From assembly GCA_009925685.1 (NCBI GenBank), contig RFYG01000003.1:1-37958 (forward strand): a stretch of DNA of 37,958 nt, given 5' to 3'. Both the position numbers and the translations under genes were made by a program. This document shows, piece by piece, positions 19,482 through 29,573 of the stretch. How positions within the stretch are numbered: the first letter of the stretch is position 1; each line of letters starts with the position of its first letter. Source of the DNA: Pseudomonadota bacterium (GTDB lineage Bacteria > Pseudomonadota > Alphaproteobacteria > Rickettsiales > UBA1997). A model generated the notes under the pieces. The model was not told the origin of the DNA and ran no database searches. It worked only from the letters and a program-made list of their open reading frames with translations.

Positions 19482-19826
19482 TTATGGCGTTGTGCCGTTA
19501 TTATGATTTTGAGTGCTAGGATTTGGAATTGTTGTCGGCGAGTTGGTATCAATTTTAATTTTTGTTAAATCAACATCGACGCCAGCCCATGAAAATAGGT
19601 TATTGAGGAGTTTAGATAAAATTTCTAAAATATTTACCGACATTTCTTGGATACGACTAATAACCAACTTTAGTGCTTGAGCCTCATTGCTTCTTTGTTC
19701 TAGACCAAGAATAGCGATAAGTTCATCAACGGTAATAATTTTTAAGACAAGCATAATAACAATTAATGATAAAGCTGTGGAGCTGTAAATCATTGCAATG
19801 CGAACGTATGTAAAGGGAGTGATCAT
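19482..19826 (-). CDS. hypothetical membrane-anchored protein
   Basis: 114 aa, N-terminal TM helix, low-complexity C-terminus; 11 bp upstream of ubiB. Confidence 0.65.
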   Translation of the reverse strand: MITPFTYVRIAMIYSSTALSLIVIMLVLKIITVDELIAILGLEQRSNEAQALKLVISRIQEMSVNILEILSKLLNNLFSWAGVDVDLTKIKIDTNSPTTIPNPSTQNHNNGTTP

Positions 19827-19848
19827 TGGAAAAAATTTGTTTTTTGAA

Positions 19849-19876
19849 ATCTTAATTATGGCTTTTTTAGCTTCAA
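19849..19876 (-). promoter_or_regulatory. possible sigma70 promoter
   Basis: TTGAAG, 16 bp spacer, TAAGAT on the minus strand, upstream of the hypothetical-ubiB pair. Confidence 0.35.
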
Positions 19877-19887
19877 GATATTTATAG

Positions 19888-20796
19888 CTAATCAGTCAAG
19901 AATTTTAAGAGCGCTTGCCTTATTGCGACCCCAGCTGAAACTTGTTTTAAAATCACAGATTTTTCAAGATCATCAGCGAGTTTTGAAGAAATTTCAACAC
20001 CACGATTTATTGGCCCTGGATGCATGACCAGAGCGTTGTTGGTGACTTTAAGTTTTTCATGACTTAGTCCGTAAAGTTTGAAATATTCTTGAGGAGATGG
20101 AATGAATGATCCACTCATTCTTTCTTGTTGGATTCTAAGTAACATTACCACATCAGCATTATTAAGGCCTTTTCCTAGTTCATTAAAAACTTCAATATTC
20201 CAATTAATTTTTAACCACTCTCTAAAATCATGAGGCACTAGAGTAGCGGGAGTTATTATGTTTATTTTGCAACCATATTTAGATAATAGTTTGATATTAG
20301 AACGAGCTACACGCGAGTGTAAAACATCGCCACAAATTGCAATCTTAAGATTTTGTAAATGATGCTTATGCTTCTTGATGATGAAGCAGTCCAGCAATGC
20401 TTGTGATGGATGTTCATTGGTGCCATCTCCGGCATTAATTAGTGAGCAATTAATGTATTTTTTTAATAATTCTACGATCCCACTTGAATTATGGCGAATT
20501 GCAACAAAGTCGGGTTGCATAGCATTAATGGTTTGAGTGGTATCAATTATTGATTCACCCTTTTTTAACGATGATAAAGAGATATCCAGATTAACGACCT
20601 TGGCACCCATTTTTTTGCCAGCAATTTCAAAAGACATTCTGGTTCGAGTCGAGTTTTCGAAAAAAAAGTTAATTAGTAATTTGCCGTCGAGATCATGGTG
20701 TTGTTGATGCGGATTGTTAAAGTAAAGATTTGCTAAATCGAAAATTTTTTCAATTTGATCTATTTTTAGTTGGTCAATCGAAATAAGATCTTTCAT
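19888..20796 (-). CDS. pyrB: aspartate carbamoyltransferase catalytic subunit
   Basis: FFENSTRT, NAGDG.NEHP.QALLD, GDVLHSRV, LRIQQER, MHPGPINRGVEI. Confidence 0.97.
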   Translation of the reverse strand: MKDLISIDQLKIDQIEKIFDLANLYFNNPHQQHHDLDGKLLINFFFENSTRTRMSFEIAGKKMGAKVVNLDISLSSLKKGESIIDTTQTINAMQPDFVAIRHNSSGIVELLKKYINCSLINAGDGTNEHPSQALLDCFIIKKHKHHLQNLKIAICGDVLHSRVARSNIKLLSKYGCKINIITPATLVPHDFREWLKINWNIEVFNELGKGLNNADVVMLLRIQQERMSGSFIPSPQEYFKLYGLSHEKLKVTNNALVMHPGPINRGVEISSKLADDLEKSVILKQVSAGVAIRQALLKFLTD

Positions 20797-21725
20797 GTTT
20801 TGGCGATAAGATGTTTGAAAATTTCTTCTAAATCTGGTTGTTGAGTTACGATGTCGGTGATTTGAATTTTGGAATTATAAACTTCTTCAAGGATTTTTTC
20901 GACGTGGATTTTGGCTGGATCAAAGGTGATTGAAATTTTATTTGCGGTTAAGTTTTTAATATTAATCTCTGGGATTTTTGTAAATAAGTTGGCGCTAACA
21001 TTTGCGCCAGAGGTAATAATAATTTCTTTATTTGAAAGAACTTTCATCAAATTCTCTTTAGAGTCATTGGCAATTAATTGACCTTTGTCAATAACTGCTA
21101 TTTGGTCGCACAACTGTTCAGCTTCTTCAAGATAATGGGTGGTCAATAAGATTGTCGTGCCGTTATTATTAAGTTTTTTGACATAATTCCAAAGTTGATT
21201 ACGAAGCTCGACATCAACCCCAGCGGTTGGCTCGTCTAATACTAAAATTTCGGGGTTGTGAACTAGAGCCTTTGCTACCAATAAGCGTCGACGCATTCCA
21301 CCCGAGAGACTTCTGGGTGTTGCTTTAGATTTATCTTTTAATCCAAGGGCTTCGATTATTTCATCGGTGCGCCTCAAGGCTTTTTTTATGCCAAAATATC
21401 CGGCATAAATTTCAAGAGTTTCATAAACATTAAAAAACGGATCGATTATGAGTTCTTGGGGAACTATGCCAATTTTGAATTTAGTGGCTTGTTGATTTTC
21501 ATCTATATCGATGCCACCAATTTTAACCTTGCCAGAGGTTTTTTTAACTAACCCAGCCAGAATATTGATAATGGTCGATTTGCCGGCGCCATTCGGGCCC
21601 AATAAACCAAAAAATGACCCTTTTTTTATTTTTAGATTTATCGATTTTAGCGCGACTTTTGAACTTGAGTGGTTTTTTTTGTGATAAGTTTTTTCTAAAT
21701 CACTAATTTCGATTGCGTAATCCAT
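20793..21725 (-). CDS. ABC-2 type transporter ATP-binding protein (YadG-like)
   Basis: Walker A GPNGAGKST, LSGGMRRR, LDEPTAGVD, TTHYLEEA; 4-bp overlap with pyrB. Confidence 0.92.
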   Translation of the reverse strand: MDYAIEISDLEKTYHKKNHSSSKVALKSINLKIKKGSFFGLLGPNGAGKSTIINILAGLVKKTSGKVKIGGIDIDENQQATKFKIGIVPQELIIDPFFNVYETLEIYAGYFGIKKALRRTDEIIEALGLKDKSKATPRSLSGGMRRRLLVAKALVHNPEILVLDEPTAGVDVELRNQLWNYVKKLNNNGTTILLTTHYLEEAEQLCDQIAVIDKGQLIANDSKENLMKVLSNKEIIITSGANVSANLFTKIPEINIKNLTANKISITFDPAKIHVEKILEEVYNSKIQITDIVTQQPDLEEIFKHLIAKT

Positions 21726-21775
21726 TTATAAAATTTTTGAGTTTTTAGTTTTAACGATCAACGCGCTAAATTTTG

Positions 21776-22099
21776 TTATAAAGTTATTTGTTTTTCCTTG
21801 AGAAAGGTTTGTAACTCTCCGCTTTGAAACATTTCTTTAACTATGTCACAACCGCCGATAAATTCACCTTTTATATAAAGTTGAGGAATGGTTGGCCAAT
21901 CAGAAAATTCTTTAATTCCTTGTCTAATTTCTGGGTCGGCCAAGACGTTAATGTCAATAAAATTAACCTTAAGATTTCTTAAAATTTGAACCACCACTGC
22001 CGAAAAACCGCATTGAGGAAAATCTTTGGTTCCTTTCATGAATAAGACTACGGGATTTTGTTCAACGGTGTTAGAGATTTCTTGATTTATATTGCGCAT
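21776..22099 (-). CDS. grxD: monothiol glutaredoxin Grx4
   Basis: FMKG...[18 protein letters not shown]. Confidence 0.96.
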   Translation of the reverse strand: MRNINQEISNTVEQNPVVLFMKGTKDFPQCGFSAVVVQILRNLKVNFIDINVLADPEIRQGIKEFSDWPTIPQLYIKGEFIGGCDIVKEMFQSGELQTFLKEKQITL

Positions 22100-22101
22100 A
22101 A

Positions 22102-22332
22102 TTATTGGGATGAAGTTTTTAGTTCGATAGCGTGAAGTTGTTTATGCAAAACATTATCAAGCGCTTTGTGAACAATTTTATGTTGTTGAATTTTGTTTAA
22201 ATTGGCAAATTGTTGGTCAATTATTTCAATACGATAATGGTCTTTGTCGCCTACGGTATCAACAACTTTTATTGTTGCGTTAGGAAAGTTTTGTAGAATC
22301 AAGTTGTAAAGGATTTTTTGTTCAATCGCCAT
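22102..22332 (-). CDS. BolA/IbaG family protein
   Basis: GDKDHY, QQHKIV, LHAI; adjacent to grxD. Confidence 0.92.
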   Translation of the reverse strand: MAIEQKILYNLILQNFPNATIKVVDTVGDKDHYRIEIIDQQFANLNKIQQHKIVHKALDNVLHKQLHAIELKTSSQ

Positions 22333-22348
22333 TTTAAATTTTTAAAAA

Positions 22349-22377
22349 ATCTTAAATTAACCCTCCAACTATGTCAA
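22349..22377 (-). promoter_or_regulatory. sigma70-type promoter for bolA-grxD
   Basis: TTGACA, 17 bp spacer, TAAGAT on the minus strand, 16 bp before the bolA ATG. Confidence 0.6.
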
Positions 22378-22387
22378 TCTTGAAGGT

Positions 22388-23266
22388 CTAAAAAAGTCCG
22401 AAATTTTTTAATATTGTTATAACGCTAAGACTGGCAATAACGGTGCCAACAATAATCATTAAAAGTGAAGTTGGTAGTCTGGTGGTAATTTTGGCCGCAA
22501 ATGGCGCGCTAATTATTCCTCCCAATATGAGGCCAGCAATTATTTCTGGTTCGTTAATGCCAACAAAAATTGCAAAAGAAAATCCCGTTGAGGTAGTAAT
22601 AAAAAATTCTGCCGAATTAACAGAGCCAATAGTTTTTTTAGGTTCGTGACCGCGGGACAATAGCGTTGTGGTAACAACCGGCCCCCAGCCACCTCCCCCA
22701 ATAGCATCTATTATGCCACCTGCGAGTGCCAATGGGGTAATTTTTTTGGCGTTAATTTTATTGATAAAAACCCGTTTTTTTAAAGCTTTAAAAATTATAA
22801 ATATTCCCATTAATGCCAGATAAATTGAAATCCAAGGTTTTAAAATTTTACCGTCTATATTTGTTAATATGAATACGCCGACCAGACCACCGATAATTCC
22901 AGGAAAAATTAGGTTTAGGAACAGTTTTTTGTCAATATTGTTGAGTCGCCAATGGCTTAATCCTGAGGCGCCAGTTGTAAAAACTTCGGCAATGTGAATG
23001 GAGCTAGAAGCAACTATTGGAGAAACTCCTTGGCTCAATAAAAATGTTGTAGCTGTGAGGCCATAAGCCATGCCGATTGCGCCGTCAATTAATTGAGCAA
23101 TAATTCCGATTAAAAATGAGTTGGTGAGGTTTTTTATATTGACATCGCCATCAACCTTAAAATAAAGCACAGTGCAAATTATGGCGACTGCAGAGGTTAA
23201 AAATAAGGTAAGGATATTTTGAAAAGTGGTGTTGTAATTTTTTTGATGATTAGTTTTTTTTGGCAT
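22388..23266 (-). CDS. TauE/SafE (TSUP) family sulfite exporter
   Basis: AQLIDGAIGMAYG, DAIGGGGWGPV, IGSVNSAEF; about 9 TMs; ATG 23266 preferred over TTG 23293. Confidence 0.88.
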   Translation of the reverse strand: MPKKTNHQKNYNTTFQNILTLFLTSAVAIICTVLYFKVDGDVNIKNLTNSFLIGIIAQLIDGAIGMAYGLTATTFLLSQGVSPIVASSSIHIAEVFTTGASGLSHWRLNNIDKKLFLNLIFPGIIGGLVGVFILTNIDGKILKPWISIYLALMGIFIIFKALKKRVFINKINAKKITPLALAGGIIDAIGGGGWGPVVTTTLLSRGHEPKKTIGSVNSAEFFITTSTGFSFAIFVGINEPEIIAGLILGGIISAPFAAKITTRLPTSLLMIIVGTVIASLSVITILKNFGLF

Positions 23267-23280
23267 TTTTTGTTTTGGAT

Positions 23281-23304
23281 ATTGGGGGGGCAACCCCCCC
23301 CAAT
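23281..23304. terminator. strong hairpin downstream of pnp
   Basis: ATTGGGGGGG-CAAC-CCCCCCCAAT, 10-bp stem; no clear U-tract on the minus strand. Confidence 0.5.
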
Positions 23305-23334
23305 TAGGTGTTTTAAGGCAATTCCAGTTGAGAA

Positions 23335-25677
23335 CTAACTAAAGAAACCTCTTCTTTTTTTAGAAGAATCATCTCTATCACCTCTATCGCGGTTATCACG
23401 ACGATCGTCTCTGTCGCCTCTATCGCGGTTATCACGACGATCTCTTCTGTCGTCACCCCTTCTATCGTCATTTCTTCTTTTGTCACGACGATCATCTCGG
23501 TCGCGAGAATCGTCACCACGAGAAGAAAACTCTCTTTCATCGACGATATTAGGTTTGTTAGAAATCTTATCAGAAATATCCTCTCCAGTAATTTGATCAA
23601 CGCAACGATAGCTGAGTTTAGGGCGTCCTTTTTTGTCAAATCCGATCACTTTTACTTTAACGATATCGCCTTCGTTAATGACGTCTTCGACAAATTCTAT
23701 TCTATATTCTGCCAATTCAGAAATATGAACAAAGCCATCACGATTTGGAGAAATGCTAACAAAAGCCCCGGCATCTATGACCTTTACAACTGGGCCTTCA
23801 TAGATATCACCAATTTCTGGTTCAAAAGTGATTTCATTAATCATGCTCAAGGCTTTTTTGATTGAATCAGAGCTGTTTGACGAGATTTTAACGATTCCGC
23901 TATCTTCAATATCAACAATCGCTCCCGAAACTGCGCAAATTTCTTTGATTACAGCCCCTCTCGAACCAATAACTTCACGAATTTTCTTTTGAGGAATGGT
24001 TATAGTTTCGACTTTTGGAACATTGTTGTTGAGTTCGGTGCGAGGCGAATTAATAACGGCATCCATTTTGTTAAGAATGTGAATCCTCCCTTCGTATGCT
24101 TGCTCGAGGGCTTTTTGCATAATTTCGGTTGTTATGCCATTGATCTTGATATCCATTTGGAGAGCGGTGATACCTTCTCGGGTTCCGGCCACTTTAAAAT
24201 CCATATCGCCAAGATGATCTTCGTCACCCATAATGTCGGATAAAATAACGAATTTTTCACCTTCTTTTATTAAACCCATAGCAATTCCTGAAACCGGAGC
24301 TTTGATTGGAACCCCAGAATCCATAAGGGCCAGCGAAGTACCGCACACTGTTGCCATTGAAGATGAGCCGTTTGATTCGGTAATCTCAGAGACAATTCTA
24401 GTAGTGTATGAAAATTTTTCATTGCTAGGATAAACAGGATTTATGGCTCTCCAAGCTAATTTTCCGTGGCCGATTTCTCTTCTTCCTGGAGATTTTAATT
24501 GACCAACTTCACCAACTGAATATGGCGGGAAGTTGTAATGAAGCATGAATGATTCTTCGCTTAATCCAGCATCTAGTGATTCGATTAATTGTTTATCTTT
24601 ACCGCCAGCGCCAAGTGTTGAAACAACCAAAGCTTGGGTTTCGCCTCGAGTAAATAAAGCTGAGCCATGAACTTGCGGAAGAACGCCAATCTCAATTTCA
24701 ATTGGTCGGATTTGAGTGGTTGAGCGACCGTCAATTCTGGTACCGTTATCTAAAACGTCATTTCTAACGATTTCTTGGGATAATGTTTTGAAAATCGATT
24801 TTATTTTGTTGTCGTCAATACTGTTTTCAGGATTAACAAAGCGCGATTTAATATCGCTAAAAATTTGTTCCAAGTCACTTGAACGGGCTTGTTTTTCGAG
24901 TTTTTTATAAGCTTTAATTAGTCTATCACCAATAAAGTTTTTAATATCATTTTTAAGGTTATCATTATTGTTTTGAGGTATTTGAATTTTTTGTTTCCCA
25001 CATTCTTTTACCAAATCTTCAATTAATTTTATAATTGGTTGGAATGCGCTATGCCCAAAACTAACGGCTTCAAGCATTTTCTGTTCGGACAGTTCTTTTG
25101 CCTCGGATTCAACCATTAAAACTGAACTAGTAGTTCCGGCAACCACCAAATCAAGTGAACTGTTTTTTAATTCTTCGTTACTTGGATTAAGTACAAACTC
25201 GTTGTTGATGTATCCAACTCTTGCTCCGGCAACAATCATCTCAAAAGGAGCTTCGGAAATTGCTAACGCAGCAGAAGAGCCAATTAAGGCAGGAATATCG
25301 GGGTTACACGAAGGATCGTAAGATAATACAGTACAAACCACATTTACTTCGTTGTAAAAGTTTGTTGGGAACATTGGACGAATAGGTCTATCTATAAGTC
25401 TTGCTACTAGGGTTGCTGAGTCAGATGGCTTAGTTTCTCGTTTGAAAAAGCCCCCAGGGATTTTTCCAGCAGCATATGATTTTTCTAAGTAATTTACAGT
25501 GAGTGGAAAAAAATCTGCTCCATCGACAGCTTTATGGGCCATGGTTACCGCACAAAGGACAGTGGTATTGCCGTATTTAACTATAACCGAGCCGTTAGCT
25601 TGGCGAGCTATTTTGCCAGTTTCAATTGATAGGTTTTTGCCATTCCAATTAATGTCTTTTTTTGTAACATTGAACAT
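23335..25677 (-). CDS. pnp: polynucleotide phosphorylase with Arg/Asp-rich tail
   Basis: two RNase PH domains (GKIPGGFFKRE, FTRGETQ, RREIGHG, ESNGSSSMA, GDMDFKVAG), KH, S1. Confidence 0.98.
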   Translation of the reverse strand: MFNVTKKDINWNGKNLSIETGKIARQANGSVIVKYGNTTVLCAVTMAHKAVDGADFFPLTVNYLEKSYAAGKIPGGFFKRETKPSDSATLVARLIDRPIRPMFPTNFYNEVNVVCTVLSYDPSCNPDIPALIGSSAALAISEAPFEMIVAGARVGYINNEFVLNPSNEELKNSSLDLVVAGTTSSVLMVESEAKELSEQKMLEAVSFGHSAFQPIIKLIEDLVKECGKQKIQIPQNNNDNLKNDIKNFIGDRLIKAYKKLEKQARSSDLEQIFSDIKSRFVNPENSIDDNKIKSIFKTLSQEIVRNDVLDNGTRIDGRSTTQIRPIEIEIGVLPQVHGSALFTRGETQALVVSTLGAGGKDKQLIESLDAGLSEESFMLHYNFPPYSVGEVGQLKSPGRREIGHGKLAWRAINPVYPSNEKFSYTTRIVSEITESNGSSSMATVCGTSLALMDSGVPIKAPVSGIAMGLIKEGEKFVILSDIMGDEDHLGDMDFKVAGTREGITALQMDIKINGITTEIMQKALEQAYEGRIHILNKMDAVINSPRTELNNNVPKVETITIPQKKIREVIGSRGAVIKEICAVSGAIVDIEDSGIVKISSNSSDSIKKALSMINEITFEPEIGDIYEGPVVKVIDAGAFVSISPNRDGFVHISELAEYRIEFVEDVINEGDIVKVKVIGFDKKGRPKLSYRCVDQITGEDISDKISNKPNIVDEREFSSRGDDSRDRDDRRDKRRNDDRRGDDRRDRRDNRDRGDRDDRRDNRDRGDRDDSSKKRRGFFS
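23368..23523 (-). repeat. Arg/Asp low-complexity repeat in the pnp 3' end
   Basis: DRRDNRDRGDRD twice (36-bp period; cctctatcgcggttatcacgacgatc occurs twice). Confidence 0.8.
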
Positions 25678-25811
25678 ATTTTCATCTTTTTAAGTTTTTA
25701 AGGGATGTGAATAATTGCTTAGTCACTTTATGCAACAAATTGCAGATTGGGAATTGAAGATTTGCTTGGTCTTGCAATTATGCGAATCTGTTTTGAAAAA
25801 TATTTTTAATA

Positions 25812-26081
25812 CTATTTTCTAATATCAAGTTTTTTGATAAGATCTTCGTAGCGTTGATTTGAAATATTTTTCAGGTAATCAAGGAGTCTTCTTCTTTTGC
25901 CAACCAAAATAAGCAGACCTCTTCTGGAAGAGTGATCTTTTTTATGATTTTTTAAATGTTCAGTGAGATTATCAATTTTTTTAGTAAGAACCGCGCATTG
26001 AACTTCAACTGAACCGGTGTCATTTTTGGACGTAGCAAAGTCTTTTACTATTTGTTTTTTAGTTTTGGTATTGAACAGCAT
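25812..26081 (-). CDS. rpsO: 30S ribosomal protein S15
   Basis: [30 protein letters not shown]; 89 aa. Confidence 0.98.
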   Translation of the reverse strand: MLFNTKTKKQIVKDFATSKNDTGSVEVQCAVLTKKIDNLTEHLKNHKKDHSSRRGLLILVGKRRRLLDYLKNISNQRYEDLIKKLDIRK

Positions 26082-26097
26082 TTTTTAATTAATTTGT

Positions 26098-26118
26098 GCC
26101 TGAATCGATAACTCAAGC
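26098..26118 (-). promoter_or_regulatory. hairpin in the rpsO leader (candidate S15 autoregulatory site)
   Basis: GCUUGAGU-UAUCG-AUUCAGGC, 8-bp stem with G.U pairs, 16 nt before the ATG. Confidence 0.35.
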
Positions 26119-26167
26119 TGGTTGCTAACATTAACTCAAATCATCATATTTTGTAGTGTTTTTACAT

Positions 26168-26905
26168 CTAATGTAAATCTAGAAGTGAGCCATCTTTATA
26201 AGACTGGCCAAACATAATTGAGTTTTTTAAATCGTCAAGCGAAATTGTTTGGTGAATTTTAAACGCCCCAACCTCCAATCTTTTTAAATTTTCTACATAT
26301 CCACAGATATTATTTTTTATACAAATATCGTGAACAAGTGTTCGAATATAAGTCCCTTTTGAGCACTCAAATTCTAGCTCGCATGAGTCATTCGAAAATT
26401 TTAAAACTTTGATTGATTTTATAAATACTTCTCGCCACGGCATTTCAAAGTCTTTTCCCTCTCTGGCTAGTTTGTATGAGCGCACACCGTTAATTTTGAT
26501 AGCCGAAAATTTAGATGGCTGTTGCTTTATTTTACCTAAAAAACTTGTTAAACTTTCTGCGAATTTTGACAAATTTACCCTGTTTTTAGATGTTTGTACG
26601 ATTTTTCCTGAAGTGTCATCTGTATCACGAAACTCTCCAAAATTTATTTCTACAAAATATTTTTTTGAATAATTCATAATCTCATTACTTTGTTTGGTGC
26701 ACTTGTTTACGGCAATTGGAAGAACTCCAGTTGCAAAAGGATCGAGGGTTCCTCCGTGACCAACTTTTTTAGCTTTGGTAATTCTTTTGATTATACTTAC
26801 GACTTTTGCTGATGAGTAGTTAATAGGTTTATCGATGTTAACCCAATAGTTGTCTTGTGAAAAGTTAATTGATCTTTGGGAGATTATTTTTGGTGACAAA
26901 TTCAT
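26168..26905 (-). CDS. truB: tRNA pseudouridine-55 synthase (short form)
   Basis: KVGHGGTLDPFATGVL, SAIKING.R.Y.LAR.G, CSKGTYIR. Confidence 0.95.
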   Translation of the reverse strand: MNLSPKIISQRSINFSQDNYWVNIDKPINYSSAKVVSIIKRITKAKKVGHGGTLDPFATGVLPIAVNKCTKQSNEIMNYSKKYFVEINFGEFRDTDDTSGKIVQTSKNRVNLSKFAESLTSFLGKIKQQPSKFSAIKINGVRSYKLAREGKDFEMPWREVFIKSIKVLKFSNDSCELEFECSKGTYIRTLVHDICIKNNICGYVENLKRLEVGAFKIHQTISLDDLKNSIMFGQSYKDGSLLDLH

Positions 26906-26913
26906 TTGCTAAC

Positions 26914-27801
26914 CTAGACGGTGTTGGCCCCAGATATAATATCAATTAACTCTTTAGTGATATTAGCTTGCCTCGTGCGGTTGTATACAAGTGTTAGATT
27001 TTTAATCATTTTGCCAGCATTATTACTAGCGGATTCCATTGCAGACATTCTGGCGCCTTGTTCAGATGCGCTATTTTCAAGTAATTGATTATATATCTGT
27101 ATGGTAATGTTGCGAGGTAAAAGTTCTTGAAGAACTGCTTCTTCGCTTGGTTCATAGTTTATTGGCGATTCAAGGTTTGATAAGTTTGGGTTATAGCTTA
27201 TTGGTGCAGGAATAATTTGATTACAAACTTGTTCTTGCGATATCGCTGATTTAAATTTGCTATAAATAACCTCGCAGACATCAAATTCATTGTTGTCGAA
27301 TAAGTTTATTATTTTATTGCTAAGGCTTTCGGCGATATCAATATTGATATTATTCCTAAAAATTCCATTAACGCATTCAATTATTTTCTTGCCGTAAATT
27401 CCCTTTAATTGTTCGAAGGCTTTTTTGCCGATACAAAGAATTTTAACATCTCTTCCTTGCGAAATTAAGTCATTAATTTTGTTTTTTGCAAATTTAACAG
27501 TTGAACTATTGAGCCCCCCGCACAAACCTCTGTCTGATGATATTACTATCAGAAGGTGTTTTTCGTTACTGCCTTTTCCGGTTAGAAGAGGAAATTTATC
27601 ATTTAGACCACCTCGAACAGATATATTTGAAGCGAGATCAGAGGTCATTTCACGAATTTTTTCAGCATATGGTCTTGATACTTCAACGAGGTGCTTTGCT
27701 TTTTTTAAACGCGACGCTGCAACCATCTTCATGGCTTTGGTCATTTTTTGCGTAGACTTAACTGATTTAATTCTAGTTTTAAGAGTTTTTAAATTTGCCA
27801 T
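26914..27801 (-). CDS. atpG: ATP synthase F1 gamma subunit
   Basis: TKAMKMVAAS, SDRGLCGG, SEQGARMSAM, NRTRQANITKEL. Confidence 0.98.
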   Translation of the reverse strand: MANLKTLKTRIKSVKSTQKMTKAMKMVAASRLKKAKHLVEVSRPYAEKIREMTSDLASNISVRGGLNDKFPLLTGKGSNEKHLLIVISSDRGLCGGLNSSTVKFAKNKINDLISQGRDVKILCIGKKAFEQLKGIYGKKIIECVNGIFRNNINIDIAESLSNKIINLFDNNEFDVCEVIYSKFKSAISQEQVCNQIIPAPISYNPNLSNLESPINYEPSEEAVLQELLPRNITIQIYNQLLENSASEQGARMSAMESASNNAGKMIKNLTLVYNRTRQANITKELIDIISGANTV

Positions 27802-27859
27802 ATTATTTTTGATGACAACAGATAATTTGAATTAGCTAGTTGTAATAAAATTATTTTGT

Positions 27860-29455
27860 TTATTTTGATTCGTGCTTGAGCCTATCATTCAGTCCAACGT
27901 GATCAACGTGGTTTGAGGGTGAATGATTGATGAAAGTTGCAACAAACTCTTCAATAATCTTCTTAAGATTAGTTTCGGTTTCATCGGTAATTTTTTGCTC
28001 TTTTTTAATTGAGGCAAGAATTTCAGGCTTAGAAGCTTTGATTTTTCTCATTAGCTCGGCTTCAAATTTTGTAACCTCTTTTGAGGTAATTTTATCGAGA
28101 TAGCCTTTTACTCCAGAATAAATTGAGACGACTTGTTCTTCAAAGCCCATTGGAGAATATTGGTTTTGTTTGAGAAGTTCTGTAAGTTTTCGACCCTTAT
28201 CAAGAAGTTTTTGTGTTGCTGTATCAAGATCCGAGCCAAATTGAGCGAATGCTTCAAGCTCTCGAAACTGCGCAAGATCAAGTTTTATTGTTCCAGCGAC
28301 TTGCTTCATAGCTTTAGTTTGAGCAGCCGAGCCCACGCGAGAAACTGATAAACCAACATTCACTGCCGGCTTTATGCCTTTATAAAATAATTCAGTTTCT
28401 AGAAATATTTGCCCATCAGTTATGGAAATTACATTTGTTGGAATGTACGCCGACACATCGCCCGCTTGAGTTTCAATGATTGGAAGTGCAGTTAATGAGC
28501 CACCACCCATCTCTTTTGACATTTTAGCTGCTCGCTCTAAGAGGCGCGAATGTATGTAAAATACATCTCCCGGATAAGCCTCACGACCTGGTGGACGACG
28601 AAGAAGTAGAGACATTTCTCGATATGCAACCGCGTGTTTACTGAGATCGTCGTAGGCAACAAGTGCATGCATTCCATTGTCTCTGAAATATTCTCCAATC
28701 GTGCAACCCGTATATGGAGCAAAAAACTGAAGAGCTGAAGCTTCTGATGCGGTTGCTGAAACAACCACCGAGTATTTCATGGCGCCAGCGTCTTCAAGAG
28801 TTTTGACGATTTGCGCAACTGTTGATCTTTTTTGACCAATTGCCACATAAATACAATAAAGTTTTTTGCTTTCATCGTTTTCATTGTGGGCAGATGCTTG
28901 ATTAATAAAGGTATCGATTACGATAGCAGTTTTGCCAGTTTGGCGATCGCCAATAATTAGCTCCCTTTGACCACGACCGACTGGAATAAGGCTATCAATC
29001 GCTTTAATTCCAGTTTGCATCGGCTCCGAAACTGATTGACGAGCAATAATTCCTGGGGCTTTAACTTCGACTCGGCGATATTCAGAGGCTAGGATTGGTC
29101 CTTTTCCGTCAATCGGATTACCAAGGGCATCGACTACCCTTCCTAATAAACCTTTTCCAACTGGGACTTCAACGATTTTGCCGGTTCTTTTAACGCTAGA
29201 ACCTTCTTTGATCTTTTGTGAATCGCCAAAAATAACTATTCCAACGTTATCTGATTCAAGGTTAAGAGCCATTCCCTTGACCCCCCCTTCAAACTCAACT
29301 AATTCACCAGCTTGAACATTATCAAGTCCGTATACTTTGGCGATTCCATCGCCAACTTTAATAACTTCGCCAACCTCTTTTAGTTCTGCGGAAGAGTGAA
29401 AATTTTCAATTGTTTTTTGTAAAATACTCGAAAACTCTTCGACTTTAAATTCCAT
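27860..29455 (-). CDS. atpA: ATP synthase F1 alpha subunit
   Basis: [35 protein letters not shown]. Confidence 0.98.
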   Translation of the reverse strand: MEFKVEEFSSILQKTIENFHSSAELKEVGEVIKVGDGIAKVYGLDNVQAGELVEFEGGVKGMALNLESDNVGIVIFGDSQKIKEGSSVKRTGKIVEVPVGKGLLGRVVDALGNPIDGKGPILASEYRRVEVKAPGIIARQSVSEPMQTGIKAIDSLIPVGRGQRELIIGDRQTGKTAIVIDTFINQASAHNENDESKKLYCIYVAIGQKRSTVAQIVKTLEDAGAMKYSVVVSATASEASALQFFAPYTGCTIGEYFRDNGMHALVAYDDLSKHAVAYREMSLLLRRPPGREAYPGDVFYIHSRLLERAAKMSKEMGGGSLTALPIIETQAGDVSAYIPTNVISITDGQIFLETELFYKGIKPAVNVGLSVSRVGSAAQTKAMKQVAGTIKLDLAQFRELEAFAQFGSDLDTATQKLLDKGRKLTELLKQNQYSPMGFEEQVVSIYSGVKGYLDKITSKEVTKFEAELMRKIKASKPEILASIKKEQKITDETETNLKKIIEEFVATFINHSPSNHVDHVGLNDRLKHESK

Positions 29456-29529
29456 ATTTAGTTTTTATTTTGTTAATTGATTGATTTGATTGTTTTGTAG
29501 TGGAGTAAATTTTGTAAAATTTGGCCGGC

Positions 29530-29557
29530 ATTTTAGGAACAAAATTTGTAAATGCAA
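29530..29557 (-). promoter_or_regulatory. internal sigma70-type promoter between atpH and atpA
   Basis: (C)TTGCAT, 16 bp spacer, TAAAAT, then GC-rich GCCGGCC. Confidence 0.45.
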
Positions 29558-29573
29558 GAAGGCTTTTGGATGA

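Noticed and set aside
23313-23639. 108-aa ORF with VVITAIE repeats
   Set aside because: Alternate frame of the pnp Arg/Asp repeat
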